Origin: a virus
Taxonomy: Duplodnaviria; Heunggongvirae; Uroviricota; Caudoviricetes
IMG/VR virus record: IMGVR_UViG_3300011442_000002
Span: 11,825-75,824 of that record
Length of the DNA: 64,000 nucleotides
Strand: one strand, 5' to 3'
Below are positions 1 to 9,859 of the stretch, in pieces; the first letter of the stretch is position 1, and the number at the start of each line of letters is the position of its first letter. The notes under the pieces are model-generated. The model saw only the letters and a program-made list of their open reading frames with translations, was not told the origin of the DNA and did no database searches. The position numbers and the translations under genes were made by a program.

Positions 1-47
1 GACTAGAAAGCCCTTGTCTAGTACCATGTTTGAACCAGAACCAGCCA

Positions 48-1169
48 TTACTTATCCGCCCCTTCCATAAGCTCCTGACGGTAACGGTTGTATAGATCCG
101 GGTTCTGTCGTGCAGCCTCTTCGAGCGCATCGCCAGCCGAAAGCTTCTGCTCAGACATAAGCTTCGCAGTGATCTCGTCAAACGACTTCTTAGCCGTCTT
201 GTGAGAACCATAGTTAACAGTAGCGCCAGCCCGCTCGCCCATTTCTACCAGGAACGAGTTACCACGCTTCATCTGCTCCATGAGCTTCCAGAAAGGCTCA
301 ATCAGACGGTCGTCTAGCTCCATCATGATGTCCTGAGCAAGCTTACGAGCAACCGGTGTAAGAACAATCTTAGACCGATCGAAATCTGCTAACTTAGCCG
401 CAATTTCAGCTTCCTTGAGCGACTTAGTGTTTGTTGCTAACTCAAGGTTCTGAGTCTCAACATACTTAATTAATGTCGCCACCAGTGGGTTGGATTCTGC
501 TAATTCCTTAAGCTCAGGAATGTCTGTTAGCTTCTTAGCTGCAGGATCTCCACCAGTAACTTTGGCTTCAGCAAGCTTAGTGGTTACCCCAGCAACAATC
601 TTGTTTAGGTCTTCATCGCTTAGTGTCATACTGTTACCCCCCTTCAGGGTATCGACAGTTTGTCCTGTAGCAGCAGCAATAAGGTCATAGGCCAAATCGT
701 ACGTTTCCTCAGAGAGGTTGATCGGTACGAGGTCCTTCATGAATGGCCGATTTGTTAGTGCACCACCAAGGATAACATCCTTGTGCTTGACACCCTGTGG
801 GTCTTCCCATTCATCGGTAAACTCTGAAGAGAAGTAACGCCATTTCTTGTCTTTGATAGCCTGTGCTGCGTCTTTAACCCATTCAACAAACAGCCATAGA
901 CCATCGGAACGAGCTTCGGCATCCTTTACCCAGCCGGCGGCAACATCTGCATTGTCATGAACATAGTTAATGCTTGGATCAACTGTGCCCCGAACCTTGT
1001 TTCTGACACTATCAGCGAAGTTCTTTGCGCGCTCCGCAGTAACATCAATAGTGCCATAAATCGGGTGCTTGTAGGACCCGATTCCAAGAGCATGAATCCA
1101 AGAACTATCTACGCCATTTGCTTCGTCGAAGGATAATACTCCGACATCCAGTACATAACTGGACTTCAT
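48..1169 (-). CDS. head assembly protein (putative prohead protease/scaffolding-like; coiled-coil C-terminus)
   Basis: 373 aa ORF lying after the portal gene in the late operon. The C-terminal half is predicted helical/coiled-coil. Function assigned from position and composition only. Confidence 0.4.
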   Translation of the reverse strand: MKSSYVLDVGVLSFDEANGVDSSWIHALGIGSYKHPIYGTIDVTAERAKNFADSVRNKVRGTVDPSINYVHDNADVAAGWVKDAEARSDGLWLFVEWVKDAAQAIKDKKWRYFSSEFTDEWEDPQGVKHKDVILGGALTNRPFMKDLVPINLSEETYDLAYDLIAAATGQTVDTLKGGNSMTLSDEDLNKIVAGVTTKLAEAKVTGGDPAAKKLTDIPELKELAESNPLVATLIKYVETQNLELATNTKSLKEAEIAAKLADFDRSKIVLTPVARKLAQDIMMELDDRLIEPFWKLMEQMKRGNSFLVEMGERAGATVNYGSHKTAKKSFDEITAKLMSEQKLSAGDALEEAARQNPDLYNRYRQELMEGADK

Positions 1170-1441
1170 TTGTTATCCCCTTTTCCCTTTACTTTGTTAA
1201 GGTTAGGGTTTTTACGGCGTGCTGCGGCTGAGGCGCGTCGCGCGGACGCTGCCAGGATGGCAGCAGCCTTATCGTATGGCAACCCTTGGTTTTTCGCAAT
1301 CCTCTGTGCGTTTTGTTTGAATCCGCGCACCATTCGGTCGGACATCTCAATGACAGATTTCTGACGAACTGTCTCAACCGGTGGATTGAATTCCTTCAAT
1401 CTACGTTGGCGAACTGACACGGGAGGATCAGGTCTCATCAT
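1166..1441 (-). CDS. hypothetical basic protein
   Basis: 91 aa ORF translationally coupled between portal and head-assembly genes. Arg/Lys-rich C-terminus. Confidence 0.4.
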   Translation of the reverse strand: MMRPDPPVSVRQRRLKEFNPPVETVRQKSVIEMSDRMVRGFKQNAQRIAKNQGLPYDKAAAILAASARRASAAARRKNPNLNKVKGKGDNK

Positions 1442-1452
1442 ATCCTCACTTT

Positions 1453-3018
1453 CTACTTACCGCCTGATCGATCAGTTCCGGCATTCTGCCGTGGAACTCC
1501 CACAGGAGGTGTCGTTCTCTGTCTTGGCATACCAACTCTTGGTGGATGTATACTGTCCGCAGGGTTTGTAGTGTTTCCGGCTTGATTATGGGTAGAACCT
1601 GGAGAATTGTGCGTGCTACCATCTGCGTTAGTTACACTACCATCTGAATGTGGATTCTGTGGTGTCGCGATAATTCTTGCTGTCGATGGATCGGCTTGCG
1701 GTAGGTCGAGTTCTGTACGTAGGAACCGCTCTAACACGTCATCTGGTCGAATTGAATCTGTACCAACAAGGTTACGGAATGCAAACGACCATGTGCGTAG
1801 GTCTTCGTTTTCACCAATACGCCGAGCGCGTAGAATAGGGTAATGACCTTTATCGTAGTTGAAATCTACTAGCTGCTTAATGACATAACGATTGAAAGTT
1901 TCAGCTACAGTTGTCGCAATGTACCGTGTACCCTTGTAGAACATGTTCATCGAATCTTCTTTAGCATTCGAATCCCGATAGAATGGAGCAATAATGTTCT
2001 GCATAATCTGGTCATTGTGGTGCTCAATAGAAGGTAGACAATCTACCGGCTGACCTTCTAGCTTAGCAAATGCAACTTCCCAGTTAATAGGTACGGTAAT
2101 GTGCGCACGCTCATTGGTACGGAGGTTTCGACCTAAATCATCAGCTAAGGTCCGGTCCTGGCTGGTGTAACCTAAAGGTAGCTTAATGATTGGTACGCCG
2201 ATACCGTGACGTTCTTTCTGAATTGCATCAATTTTGTACAGAGTGTCCTTGTAGAAGTAGTGCTTATAGGCGGAACGTAGAATCGAAATTCCACGCATAT
2301 CACCGCCTTCTTGCTCTAGAACGAAGACAACCAACTTTTCAATTGGAATCCCGATAGCTTCAAAGTTGTTGAGTTCACTTGGGTCCATAATAATGCCGTC
2401 TGGACCACCAGCACTATCGTAAACCCATTCCTGAATGTCTAGTGGGTGCCTTGGTGCTAACTTCTTAAGAATAATCTTACCATCATCGTCAAAGCCAAAA
2501 ACTTTCTCCAATGGCATGTATCCGTACTCACACATTAGCAATGCGTCTTCGAGTACTCGGTGCCATGGTGTGTTTAGCTTGTTGAATAGGTTGTCTGAGA
2601 CAAAATCGGCAATTTCTTTGTCAATTTTGCTGTCACTAAATGGATCTACGAACCATCTAGCCGCCATCACAGGTGTTTTTAGCAGTCTAAGTGCACCACG
2701 AATGGTACCATCTGCTCGTTTCATGTCATAGTACTTGCGAATTCCGAGTTTGTCTCTTAATTCCCCAACTCGTTCTTCGCGTGTCCATGCGGTAAACGGT
2801 GATGGCGAAGCGTAACCCATTTCGCGTACTGCGGCGCCAAGAGCTAGCTTAGGATCACGCTCAGCTAAAACAATATATGAACCGTGCACGGGATCATATA
2901 CCGTCGAAACTATGTCGTAATTGTTGTAAGCTTCACCAAGAGTCATTGACTCAATTTTTTCGCCAATGCGCTCTTCAATACTGGAAATGATCTCTTCATC
3001 AGTTGCGGCAGTCATCAT
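1453..3018 (-). CDS. portal protein
   Basis: 521 aa ORF immediately after terminase large subunit. Size and position are typical of SPP1-type portals. Confidence 0.55.
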   Translation of the reverse strand: MMTAATDEEIISSIEERIGEKIESMTLGEAYNNYDIVSTVYDPVHGSYIVLAERDPKLALGAAVREMGYASPSPFTAWTREERVGELRDKLGIRKYYDMKRADGTIRGALRLLKTPVMAARWFVDPFSDSKIDKEIADFVSDNLFNKLNTPWHRVLEDALLMCEYGYMPLEKVFGFDDDGKIILKKLAPRHPLDIQEWVYDSAGGPDGIIMDPSELNNFEAIGIPIEKLVVFVLEQEGGDMRGISILRSAYKHYFYKDTLYKIDAIQKERHGIGVPIIKLPLGYTSQDRTLADDLGRNLRTNERAHITVPINWEVAFAKLEGQPVDCLPSIEHHNDQIMQNIIAPFYRDSNAKEDSMNMFYKGTRYIATTVAETFNRYVIKQLVDFNYDKGHYPILRARRIGENEDLRTWSFAFRNLVGTDSIRPDDVLERFLRTELDLPQADPSTARIIATPQNPHSDGSVTNADGSTHNSPGSTHNQAGNTTNPADSIHPPRVGMPRQRTTPPVGVPRQNAGTDRSGGK

Positions 3019-3380
3019 TCACCTCCCTTCGACTTCATAATAAAGAACGGAAGCACATAAAAATGCCCCGGATAACCAATGGTAAACGTTGGTGGCTTGG
3101 TGTTCATCAATTCAATGAATCGAATTTGTTGCTCAACTGAAAAATGTTGGAAATAGCATTTATTATTGTCTCTATCACCAATACTTACGTAAATTTTGTA
3201 ATTTTTGTCTGTCGGTCCAAGTTCACATCTATGGTCCTCCGCCATTGCTCTCAATAGAATTTCGGGATTCAACGAGCCGCAGTATGAACAAGTGTTATCA
3301 GCACGCCACTCGTCACTATCCGGGTAGCGCCAGTTTCCTGGGTTTTCTGCCCGTCTAGGACAAACTAGTTTCTCTGTCAT
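3015..3380 (-). CDS. hypothetical protein (CxxC pair)
   Basis: 121 aa ORF overlapping the terminase stop by 4 nt. Contains CPRR...CSYCG. Confidence 0.4.
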   Translation of the reverse strand: MTEKLVCPRRAENPGNWRYPDSDEWRADNTCSYCGSLNPEILLRAMAEDHRCELGPTDKNYKIYVSIGDRDNNKCYFQHFSVEQQIRFIELMNTKPPTFTIGYPGHFYVLPFFIMKSKGGE

Positions 3381-4792
3381 GCGAAGTTCATTCCTGACGT
3401 GAAATAGCCTGTGGCTGGCAACTGAGTCATATCCGCTGCATTTACCATTTCACTCAAGCTCATAATCGAACCAAGCTTGAAAATGTGCATCAATCCGTAT
3501 CTTAAAGCATCTAAAGCGTGGTCGTCATACTTCTGCGCATCCTCACGAGGGTTACGAGGTTTACTGCCCGAACTCGCGGATACCGCACGGTAGTTGTTGA
3601 ATTCACGAATTAGGTCGCCGCATGACGGGTCCACGAACAGCCAGGGCTCATCGATCGGCGTCCCAAATTCGTCCGCCTCACCAACCGTCTGCGTCCGCAA
3701 AAATCCTTTTACCAAATCTATCCCTTCTCGCCAGTTTGACTTTGAAAGCGGGTCAGAAAGGCAAGGAGAGAATGTCGCAGATACAGTAGCAGTAGCCTCA
3801 GGGTCGGCCGCATCACCAAAGCATAAATCAATTTTGTAACCATCAGGCTGTGGTCGCATCTTCATTTCTTCTAAGAACACCGAAAGCCGAGTATGTGTCT
3901 TGTAATGAATACGCCAAACATGAACTCGGTCCATCGGGTCAATCTGAAACTCTACTGCGGCCATCGGGTTAACAAAACCCCAGTCGAAAGCTATGTAGTT
4001 CTTCCAGGCTGGGTTATACTTACAAGCCTTAACATGAGTAACTTCATCCCATTCCGAGTAAATCTTACCCATGAACGAGGTAAAGTCTGCGGCAATTTCT
4101 TGCAGGAACCACTCATAAGGCATAGTACGCTGCAATAGCAAAATTTCTGGGTCTTGCTCGCCACCAGGGTAAATAACTTTATTTTCCCACGATGGAAACC
4201 GCCACGATTCATAATCTTCAAACAGCGGGTTACGACCCAACTGCCAAAGGTCGTGAATCCAGTTTTGACCTTCAGGTGTAGTACTAAATGTCGCACTACC
4301 ACGTCGGTCGGCTAATGCGGGTCTAATGTACCGGTCCCAAGTTTCCTTAGTGTGCTTAGCAGCTTCGGCCATAATTACGTAATCAAGCGCATCGCCAACC
4401 AGCGTCTCCGGTCGGTCCGCGCTTCGCACCTCTAACCGCGTATTCCAAGGGAACTCGATGTACATATCGCCAGCACGCTTATTAAACGCTTTTCTGACAG
4501 TTTTTTCCTTGCCAAGACCCAATTTTACAATCATGTCTTGCCAAATAACCCGGAATTCCTTCTCACCAAGGTCATAAGTTGGACCAACAATCCAAATGTG
4601 CTTATTCGGTACCATTAATAGAGGCTCAGCTTCCCGAGCCCCCATAAATGTCTTACCAAATCGGCGGCCACACACCGGAATCTTGAATCTAGCCTTACTC
4701 CGGTGAAAAAGCCATTGCCTATCGTGTGGCTCATAGCCGATATGCGCAAAGTATCTTTCCTTCGATACCGCACGCACGGCTTCAATAGTCAT
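3377..4792 (-). CDS. terL: terminase large subunit
   Basis: 471 aa. Has an N-terminal P-loop-like motif (KIPVCGRRFGKT) with acidic motifs downstream, and a C-terminal nuclease-like region. Confidence 0.7.
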   Translation of the reverse strand: MTIEAVRAVSKERYFAHIGYEPHDRQWLFHRSKARFKIPVCGRRFGKTFMGAREAEPLLMVPNKHIWIVGPTYDLGEKEFRVIWQDMIVKLGLGKEKTVRKAFNKRAGDMYIEFPWNTRLEVRSADRPETLVGDALDYVIMAEAAKHTKETWDRYIRPALADRRGSATFSTTPEGQNWIHDLWQLGRNPLFEDYESWRFPSWENKVIYPGGEQDPEILLLQRTMPYEWFLQEIAADFTSFMGKIYSEWDEVTHVKACKYNPAWKNYIAFDWGFVNPMAAVEFQIDPMDRVHVWRIHYKTHTRLSVFLEEMKMRPQPDGYKIDLCFGDAADPEATATVSATFSPCLSDPLSKSNWREGIDLVKGFLRTQTVGEADEFGTPIDEPWLFVDPSCGDLIREFNNYRAVSASSGSKPRNPREDAQKYDDHALDALRYGLMHIFKLGSIMSLSEMVNAADMTQLPATGYFTSGMNFA

Positions 4793-4801
4793 AGCTACTC
4801 A

Positions 4802-4942
4802 TTAATTGGTTAAGAAGGTAATTGCGATAAACATAAAGCCAAGTAACATCAAGTTAATTCTTGGCACAACAACGCCAAAGGCACCTAATGCGAAGCTAAC
4901 CGCAGCTAAGAACCAGAGAACCCAATCTAAGGTAATAGTCAT
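4802..4942 (-). CDS. small membrane protein (46 aa)
   Basis: Unlisted short ORF, MTITLDWVLWFLAAVSFALGAFGVVVPRINLMLLGFMFIAITFLTN. Two predicted TM helices. It fills the gap before terminase. Confidence 0.3.
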   Translation of the reverse strand: MTITLDWVLWFLAAVSFALGAFGVVVPRINLMLLGFMFIAITFLTN

Positions 4943-4973
4943 ATCGGTTCCCTTCTATTTCCCAGTTGGCGAA

Positions 4974-5339
4974 TTACAACCCCACAGGTGGCAGCAGCCC
5001 TAAAATTCGCGAGTTTCGCCATATGTCGCACTCATATTCAGGCTCACCGGGTCGCCAAGTACGCCAATTTATTACATCACAAGCTGGACAGTTAACCATG
5101 TATTGTTCTACGAACGAGCTAGGGTCGCGGACTTTGCGTGTTTTATGTTGTTTAATAATCTTCAACCAAAGTCCGGTCGGTACTTGAAACATACCTTCAC
5201 GTTCCAGTTGGTCGGCGAGCATTTCATCCATGGTAATTTTCCTGGTCTCTTTCCACTCTCTCAGTTTCATGCTGGTGTATGCGCTAAAGTACCATCGGCA
5301 AATACCCAAGTACTTGCAGCTAAGGCACCAGTGGCCCAA
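4974..5339 (-). CDS. hypothetical protein (zinc-ribbon-like CPACD...ECD)
   Basis: 121 aa ORF in the late operon. Confidence 0.4.
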   Translation of the reverse strand: MGHWCLSCKYLGICRWYFSAYTSMKLREWKETRKITMDEMLADQLEREGMFQVPTGLWLKIIKQHKTRKVRDPSSFVEQYMVNCPACDVINWRTWRPGEPEYECDIWRNSRILGLLPPVGL

Positions 5340-5860
5340 ACTGGCTTACTAGTACTAGAATTCCAGACTTGCTTACCGGCTACCTTATCTGTAGTGTTAA
5401 TTGCGTTAGCAATAGCAGTTAAATTAGCTGTAGTTGCAGTAACTACGGCATCACCGGCTATTCTAGCCGCCGTTTCGGCAGTCATTTGGCCGGTGGTCGC
5501 ATAGGTACTAACCGCAGTAACAGTAGCACTAGGAAAAATATCCGCGAACTCTAACGTCGACAAGTCATCGGTTTCGATTACGCAATAACCATCTTCAGAC
5601 CAGACACCAGTTCGTACAAATACTGAGTAAGACCAACCTGTGGGCGTTACGCCAGCTTCATCGCTTACCGGTAAAGCTATAGTAGCTTCACCACTAGCAT
5701 CTAAAGTTGCCGTGTAAGTTCCTGGAGCCAATACCATGGCATCAGTTGAGTCATATAGTGCGTATTGGTTAACAAATCTCACAACGCCACTCGCGGCGGT
5801 CCCCGTCGGCGCGTCCACAATCATAATGTGAACGTCGCGAGTGGCAACCGGTAGTGCCAT
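5267..5860 (-). CDS. hypothetical Ala/Thr/Gly-rich protein (possible structural)
   Basis: 197 aa ORF. The low-complexity A/T/G-rich composition resembles virion or decoration proteins. Confidence 0.4.
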   Translation of the reverse strand: MALPVATRDVHIMIVDAPTGTAASGVVRFVNQYALYDSTDAMVLAPGTYTATLDASGEATIALPVSDEAGVTPTGWSYSVFVRTGVWSEDGYCVIETDDLSTLEFADIFPSATVTAVSTYATTGQMTAETAARIAGDAVVTATTANLTAIANAINTTDKVAGKQVWNSSTSKPVWATGALAASTWVFADGTLAHTPA

Positions 5861-6177
5861 TACGTCATCACAGTAGTCTGGTGCACGGTAAACTGAGCCA
5901 CGGAGGCCGTAACCGTAATCTTACAATATGGCGCCAAAGCAGTAATCGTCGATGGCGTGTTATTCGTCAGGGATGGCGTGGTAGTAAACGCCGTATTAGT
6001 ACCATCCATAGACCAAGTTAACGTCATGGCATAGGTACCAGTAGTATGAGTCTTGGTAACGGTAAACGTCTTCGCCGGCAACCGCAAGAAACCCGAGTCT
6101 TCTGATGCCGCGCTCAGCAACGTATGGTTCTCGTAGAGTACCGTCGCTCTAGCGAGTTCCTTATCATATACGGCCAC
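5860..6177 (-). CDS. hypothetical Thr-rich protein
   Basis: 105 aa ORF, coupled (ATGA overlap) to the next gene. Confidence 0.35.
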   Translation of the reverse strand: MAVYDKELARATVLYENHTLLSAASEDSGFLRLPAKTFTVTKTHTTGTYAMTLTWSMDGTNTAFTTTPSLTNNTPSTITALAPYCKITVTASVAQFTVHQTTVMT

Positions 6178-6185
6178 TACTTACC

Positions 6186-6737
6186 TCAAATCTTCTGGTA
6201 AGTGCCAGCAGTAATACCCGGCAGAACACCCGTCGTCGCTGCATGTCCAGCATAAGGAGTCCGAAATGCTGCATTAAAGTCCGCAGTCGGCGCAGCCCCG
6301 GATGGCGTATCCGCTCCGGTATCAGTATACAGGACGGTCGGCGCAGTAATCGTATTCATCAACAGGAACGAACCACCGGTGCGTCCATAAATCTTATAAG
6401 ATGTCGCGCCAGCCACCGTCGCCACTGTCAACGCCACACTTGACGTCGCGCCACCAGCAACATACGAGTTAGATGCTGCACTTAACGCACTTTCCACGCC
6501 ATCTTTTACATACGTGTTCTTGTACGTATAAGTAGCAGCAGCTAGAGTACCACCAGAAGCCGATCCAACAGCAACGGGAGCAGCAGGCGCGTCACCTTGT
6601 CCACCTGTTAGAATAACGGCCATGGACTCGCCATTTGTCCGGCGGTAAATGACATTATCACCTCTAAAACCACGCTTTACGGCCATTTTCCCTCCATCGA
6701 CGTATTTAAATATGCCCATTAAGTATTTAGAACCCAC
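6186..6737 (-). CDS. hypothetical Ala/Gly/Thr-rich protein (possible structural)
   Basis: 183 aa ORF. Confidence 0.4.
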   Translation of the reverse strand: MGSKYLMGIFKYVDGGKMAVKRGFRGDNVIYRRTNGESMAVILTGGQGDAPAAPVAVGSASGGTLAAATYTYKNTYVKDGVESALSAASNSYVAGGATSSVALTVATVAGATSYKIYGRTGGSFLLMNTITAPTVLYTDTGADTPSGAAPTADFNAAFRTPYAGHAATTGVLPGITAGTYQKI

Positions 6738-6770
6738 AGGCAGGGAGGGTACCCGCCATCATAAGTTGAC

Positions 6771-7106
6771 TTATGACTTTAGGTAACCCTCAGCCTCATC
6801 GACCACTTTCTCATAAATGTCATCCCAAGCGTGCTTGCCACCAACATCTAGGCCGCGCTCGGCAGGACCCATTGTGCGTTCAACAATATACTTTGCGGCG
6901 TTAAACCGAATCATTTCTGTTGTTGAGTAGGTCGCAAGATGACAAATGGCCATGGTTGAAATGGGCAGAGCTTCTTCAAATAGCCGTTTTGCAGTAATCT
7001 GTGGCGTATCTGTTGACTCTAATGCCCGCTCCATAGTCAGGTTTCTCAGCGCCGTGGTCGGGTCCCACTCTGTTGGATCGATCGGCGGACGATCAGGATT
7101 GGTCAT
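6771..7106 (-). CDS. hypothetical protein (first gene of leftward late operon; possible small terminase)
   Basis: 111 aa, first ORF after the divergent control region. The size is compatible with TerS but there is no direct motif evidence. Confidence 0.3.
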   Translation of the reverse strand: MTNPDRPPIDPTEWDPTTALRNLTMERALESTDTPQITAKRLFEEALPISTMAICHLATYSTTEMIRFNAAKYIVERTMGPAERGLDVGGKHAWDDIYEKVVDEAEGYLKS

Positions 7107-7317
7107 TGGTTGTCACCCCCTCAAGAGACCTTAAAGCCAGAATACGTCAGTCAGAGCAGAATGTCCACCGTGACGGAAAATGAACACTTCAATTTTACTT
7201 CGCAAAATATTTGGACATTGTAATGTCAATTTTCTGACACTTAAAAACTTTCTTGATCTACGTGAAACGCTCCAAAATGTCCATTTTATACCTTTTATCT
7301 TAATATAGTTACTTTTG

Positions 7318-7760
7318 TTATATTATGCCCGATTTTTCCTCCCCCCAATATGGGGATATGTCCGAAATGTCCGATTTGCTCCACCCTGTCCGGATTTGTA
7401 CGGATGTGTGCCGATTTGTCCACATATAGGGGGGCCAAACGGGCATGTCCGATTTATCCACATTTAGCCGGCCTGTGACGTAAATCACAGTCGGAAATAT
7501 GGTGATATGTCCGATTTGGTAGGGGGGATATACCCCCTTTACCCCATATGTCCGATTTGTCAGAAAGGTCGTATATGGGGGGATATGCCCATTGTGCCCT
7601 GTTTTGCCCCGATTTAGCACGCCCGAAATGTCCGATTTATGCGGATTTATGCCCATATGGGGGACATTTTTTACCGGACATGTCCGATTTGTCATACTTT
7701 GTCCTATTTTAGGGGGGCGAAATTATCGGGACAAACCACCACAAAACGGACATTTCCACC
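7318..7760. promoter_or_regulatory. divergent control region: ORF-free array of ~10 ATGTCCGATTT(G) motifs that flips orientation near 7700-7745
   Basis: Top-strand copies of ATGTCCGATTTG (7358-7694) change to AAATCGGACAT (from 7744). A CGGACATGTCCG palindrome lies at about 7674. The region sits between the leftward late genes and the rightward early genes. Confidence 0.6.
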
Positions 7761-7952
7761 CAAACCCGGACATGCTATGCTTATAGTATAACTAAAGGCG
7801 CGGAACGGTAATATCGGACACTTCCGACAATCCGGGGAAACCAAGCCAAATCGGACATTGATAACTAAATAGTGACGAACCGGGCGAACCGGGCAAAACC
7901 CCCAAGTCTCCCCTATCCGGCATGTCCGACAAAATCGGACAAAGGAGACAAA

Positions 7953-8111
7953 ATGGTACAAAGACGGACAAAGTGGTGGGAATACTGCTCAAACTGCTCA
8001 AATCGGGTAGAAGCTCCCAAAACGGACAATCCGACCGAAACCATGCTAGAATGTAGGAATTGCGGCAAAACGGAGAAAGTGGACATAACCTCCCAAAGCC
8101 GCGCAGAGTAG
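7953..8111 (+). CDS. early small protein (CxxC...CxxC zinc ribbon)
   Basis: The start is reset to the ATG preceded by cATGTCCGACAAAATCGGACAAAGGAGACAAAATG. 52 aa, with CSNC...CRNC. Confidence 0.5.
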   Translation: MVQRRTKWWEYCSNCSNRVEAPKTDNPTETMLECRNCGKTEKVDITSQSRAE

Positions 8112-8218
8112 GACAAAGCGGACATGCCGGACAGAAGGGACTTGGGGGACAAAAAGGGAAAATCCGGATCTAAGAGGCTATGTCCGACAAATCAGAAAAA
8201 TCGGACATAGGAGACAAA

Positions 8219-8377
8219 ATGGAAGATTTCACCGGAATTGGGACTGAAACGGACAATTGGTACAAGTCGGACCAACACGACAATCTGCCCGAAGGGGACG
8301 TTTGCGACGAAGGGTGCGATTGGTGCCTAGGGGACGGATCGGAGATAATACTCATCCTGGACGAAACGGACATCTAG
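8219..8377 (+). CDS. early small acidic protein
   Basis: ATG preceded by ATGTCCGAC..CGGACATAGGAGACAAAATG. 52 aa. Confidence 0.5.
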   Translation: MEDFTGIGTETDNWYKSDQHDNLPEGDVCDEGCDWCLGDGSEIILILDETDI

Positions 8378-8486
8378 TCTAAAAGGCACAAAACGGACAT
8401 AGCCTCCTAAATCCGGATTTTCCTGGACTTACCACCTCTTACCGTACATGTCCGATAATTCGGGAAAATCGGACATAGGAGACAAA

Positions 8487-8696
8487 ATGGAAAAATTCGG
8501 GCGTATCGTCGCATATTACGACAATTCGGTCGGAGTGCCGCAAATCGGACTTTTCGTCGGATATGAGGCATATGGCACAAATTGGACATTCTACCCGAAT
8601 CAGTGCATAGCTGACGGAATGGACAAAAACGGCATAAGGTACCTAGAGGGCGATTTGGGATTTATCGGAGGAATTCCGGCAATCCTGGCAAACTAG
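8487..8696 (+). CDS. early small protein
   Basis: Same start-associated motif (ATGTCCGATAATTCGGGAAAATCGGACATAGGAGACAAAATG). 69 aa. Confidence 0.5.
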   Translation: MEKFGRIVAYYDNSVGVPQIGLFVGYEAYGTNWTFYPNQCIADGMDKNGIRYLEGDLGFIGGIPAILAN

Positions 8697-8786
8697 GACA
8701 AAACGGACATGTACGGCAAAAGGTGGTAAGTCAGGCTATCCGGGTATAAGCGCATATGTCCGACAAAACGGACATAAGGAGACAAA

Positions 8787-9059
8787 ATGCACATTTACGA
8801 CCTTAAGTGCGAAGAGACCAAAACGGACATCTCGGGCATAACAGTCAAAAGTGGGCAAAAGGTGGTAATCGTACGATTGCTGACAATTTCGTACACAGTG
8901 GACGTTAAGGACCTTCTGGACGATTGCGACGTAACGGAGATTTCGCTCAAACAGCTCATAACGGGCGAAGAGCGCGAAAACGACATTACGGTCAAAATGG
9001 AATATTGGGACGAAGCGGAAATTGGGGACGATCTAGTCATTTCGGCCGAAGTACTCTAA
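8787..9059 (+). CDS. early small acidic protein
   Basis: Preceded by ATGTCCGACAAAACGGACATAAGGAGACAAAATG. 90 aa. Confidence 0.55.
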   Translation: MHIYDLKCEETKTDISGITVKSGQKVVIVRLLTISYTVDVKDLLDDCDVTEISLKQLITGEERENDITVKMEYWDEAEIGDDLVISAEVL

Positions 9060-9129
9060 ACCACCCAAATCGGACATATGCGCCTATATCCGGATAGCTC
9101 CCGACGGGAGATATGTCCGTTTTGCCCGG

Positions 9130-9206
9130 TTTGTCGTTTTGTAATTACAAAGGTGTAATTTGTGCCTTGTGCCCGAATTGCACCATTGTAATTACAAAAC
9201 GACAAA
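9130..9206. repeat. 77-bp near-perfect palindrome (21-bp arms TTTGTCGTTTTGTAATTACAA, plus inner GGTGTAAT/ATTGCACC)
   Basis: The arms at 9130-9150 and 9186-9206 are exact reverse complements. The palindrome is flanked by CGGACAT motifs on both sides. Confidence 0.8.
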
Positions 9207-9436
9207 TCGGACATTACGGACATATACGACAAGTCGGAAAAAACGGATAAATCGGGCATTTCCGCCCATATGGTGGCGTATGCGTATGCAGTCCTAAATA
9301 ATTGGACATTTCCGTGCCGATCGGTGACTTTCGGACATTTTGGACAAAAACCACTATATGGGGGGAAAAAATGATTATCCGGATCTAACAGGCTATGTCT
9401 GGCCAAAAGGGACAAATCGGACAAGAGAGGCCAAAA

Positions 9437-9679
9437 ATGGACATTTGGGCTGAACTCTGGCCAATTCCCCACGTAAACGGCAAAACGCACAAATCGGTCG
9501 TAAGGTCGGTTTCCGCTCAAATTAGTGTCTTTGCGACAATCGAGGACATTTACCACAGAGTGGTCAAATCGGGCATTGCGGACGATGACGACGTTTTGGC
9601 GACTACTAGGGCAATTCGGACAGTTCGGGACAATATCCGTAAAACGGTCGAAGGCGGACGAAAGGAACTAACGGCATGA
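9437..9679 (+). CDS. early small protein
   Basis: ATG after a variant motif (ATGTCTGGCCAAAAGGGACAAATCGGACAAGAGAGGCCAAAAATG). 80 aa. Confidence 0.45.
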   Translation: MDIWAELWPIPHVNGKTHKSVVRSVSAQISVFATIEDIYHRVVKSGIADDDDVLATTRAIRTVRDNIRKTVEGGRKELTA

Positions 9680-9859
9680 AACAGACATTCAGGAAAATCC
9701 TGACAAACGGCGCAATCCTGGTGATTAGCTTCTTTATCGGGATATACCTGGGCACAAGGCACTAATGAGCTAAACCAGACATAGCCTGCTAAATCCGGAT
9801 AATCAGGATATACCAGCTCTAAACGCATATGTCCGGTAAAACGGACAAAGGAGACAAAA

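Noticed and set aside
5860-6737. Calling the Ala/Thr/Gly-rich proteins major capsid or tail fibre
   Set aside because: There are no recognisable fold motifs, and the position upstream of terminase is atypical. Left as hypothetical structural proteins.
7318-7695. 125-aa minus-strand ORF inside the CGGACAT repeat array
   Set aside because: The translation is low-complexity (His/Gly/Pro-rich) and is generated by the repeats. No RBS. The region is better explained as regulatory DNA.
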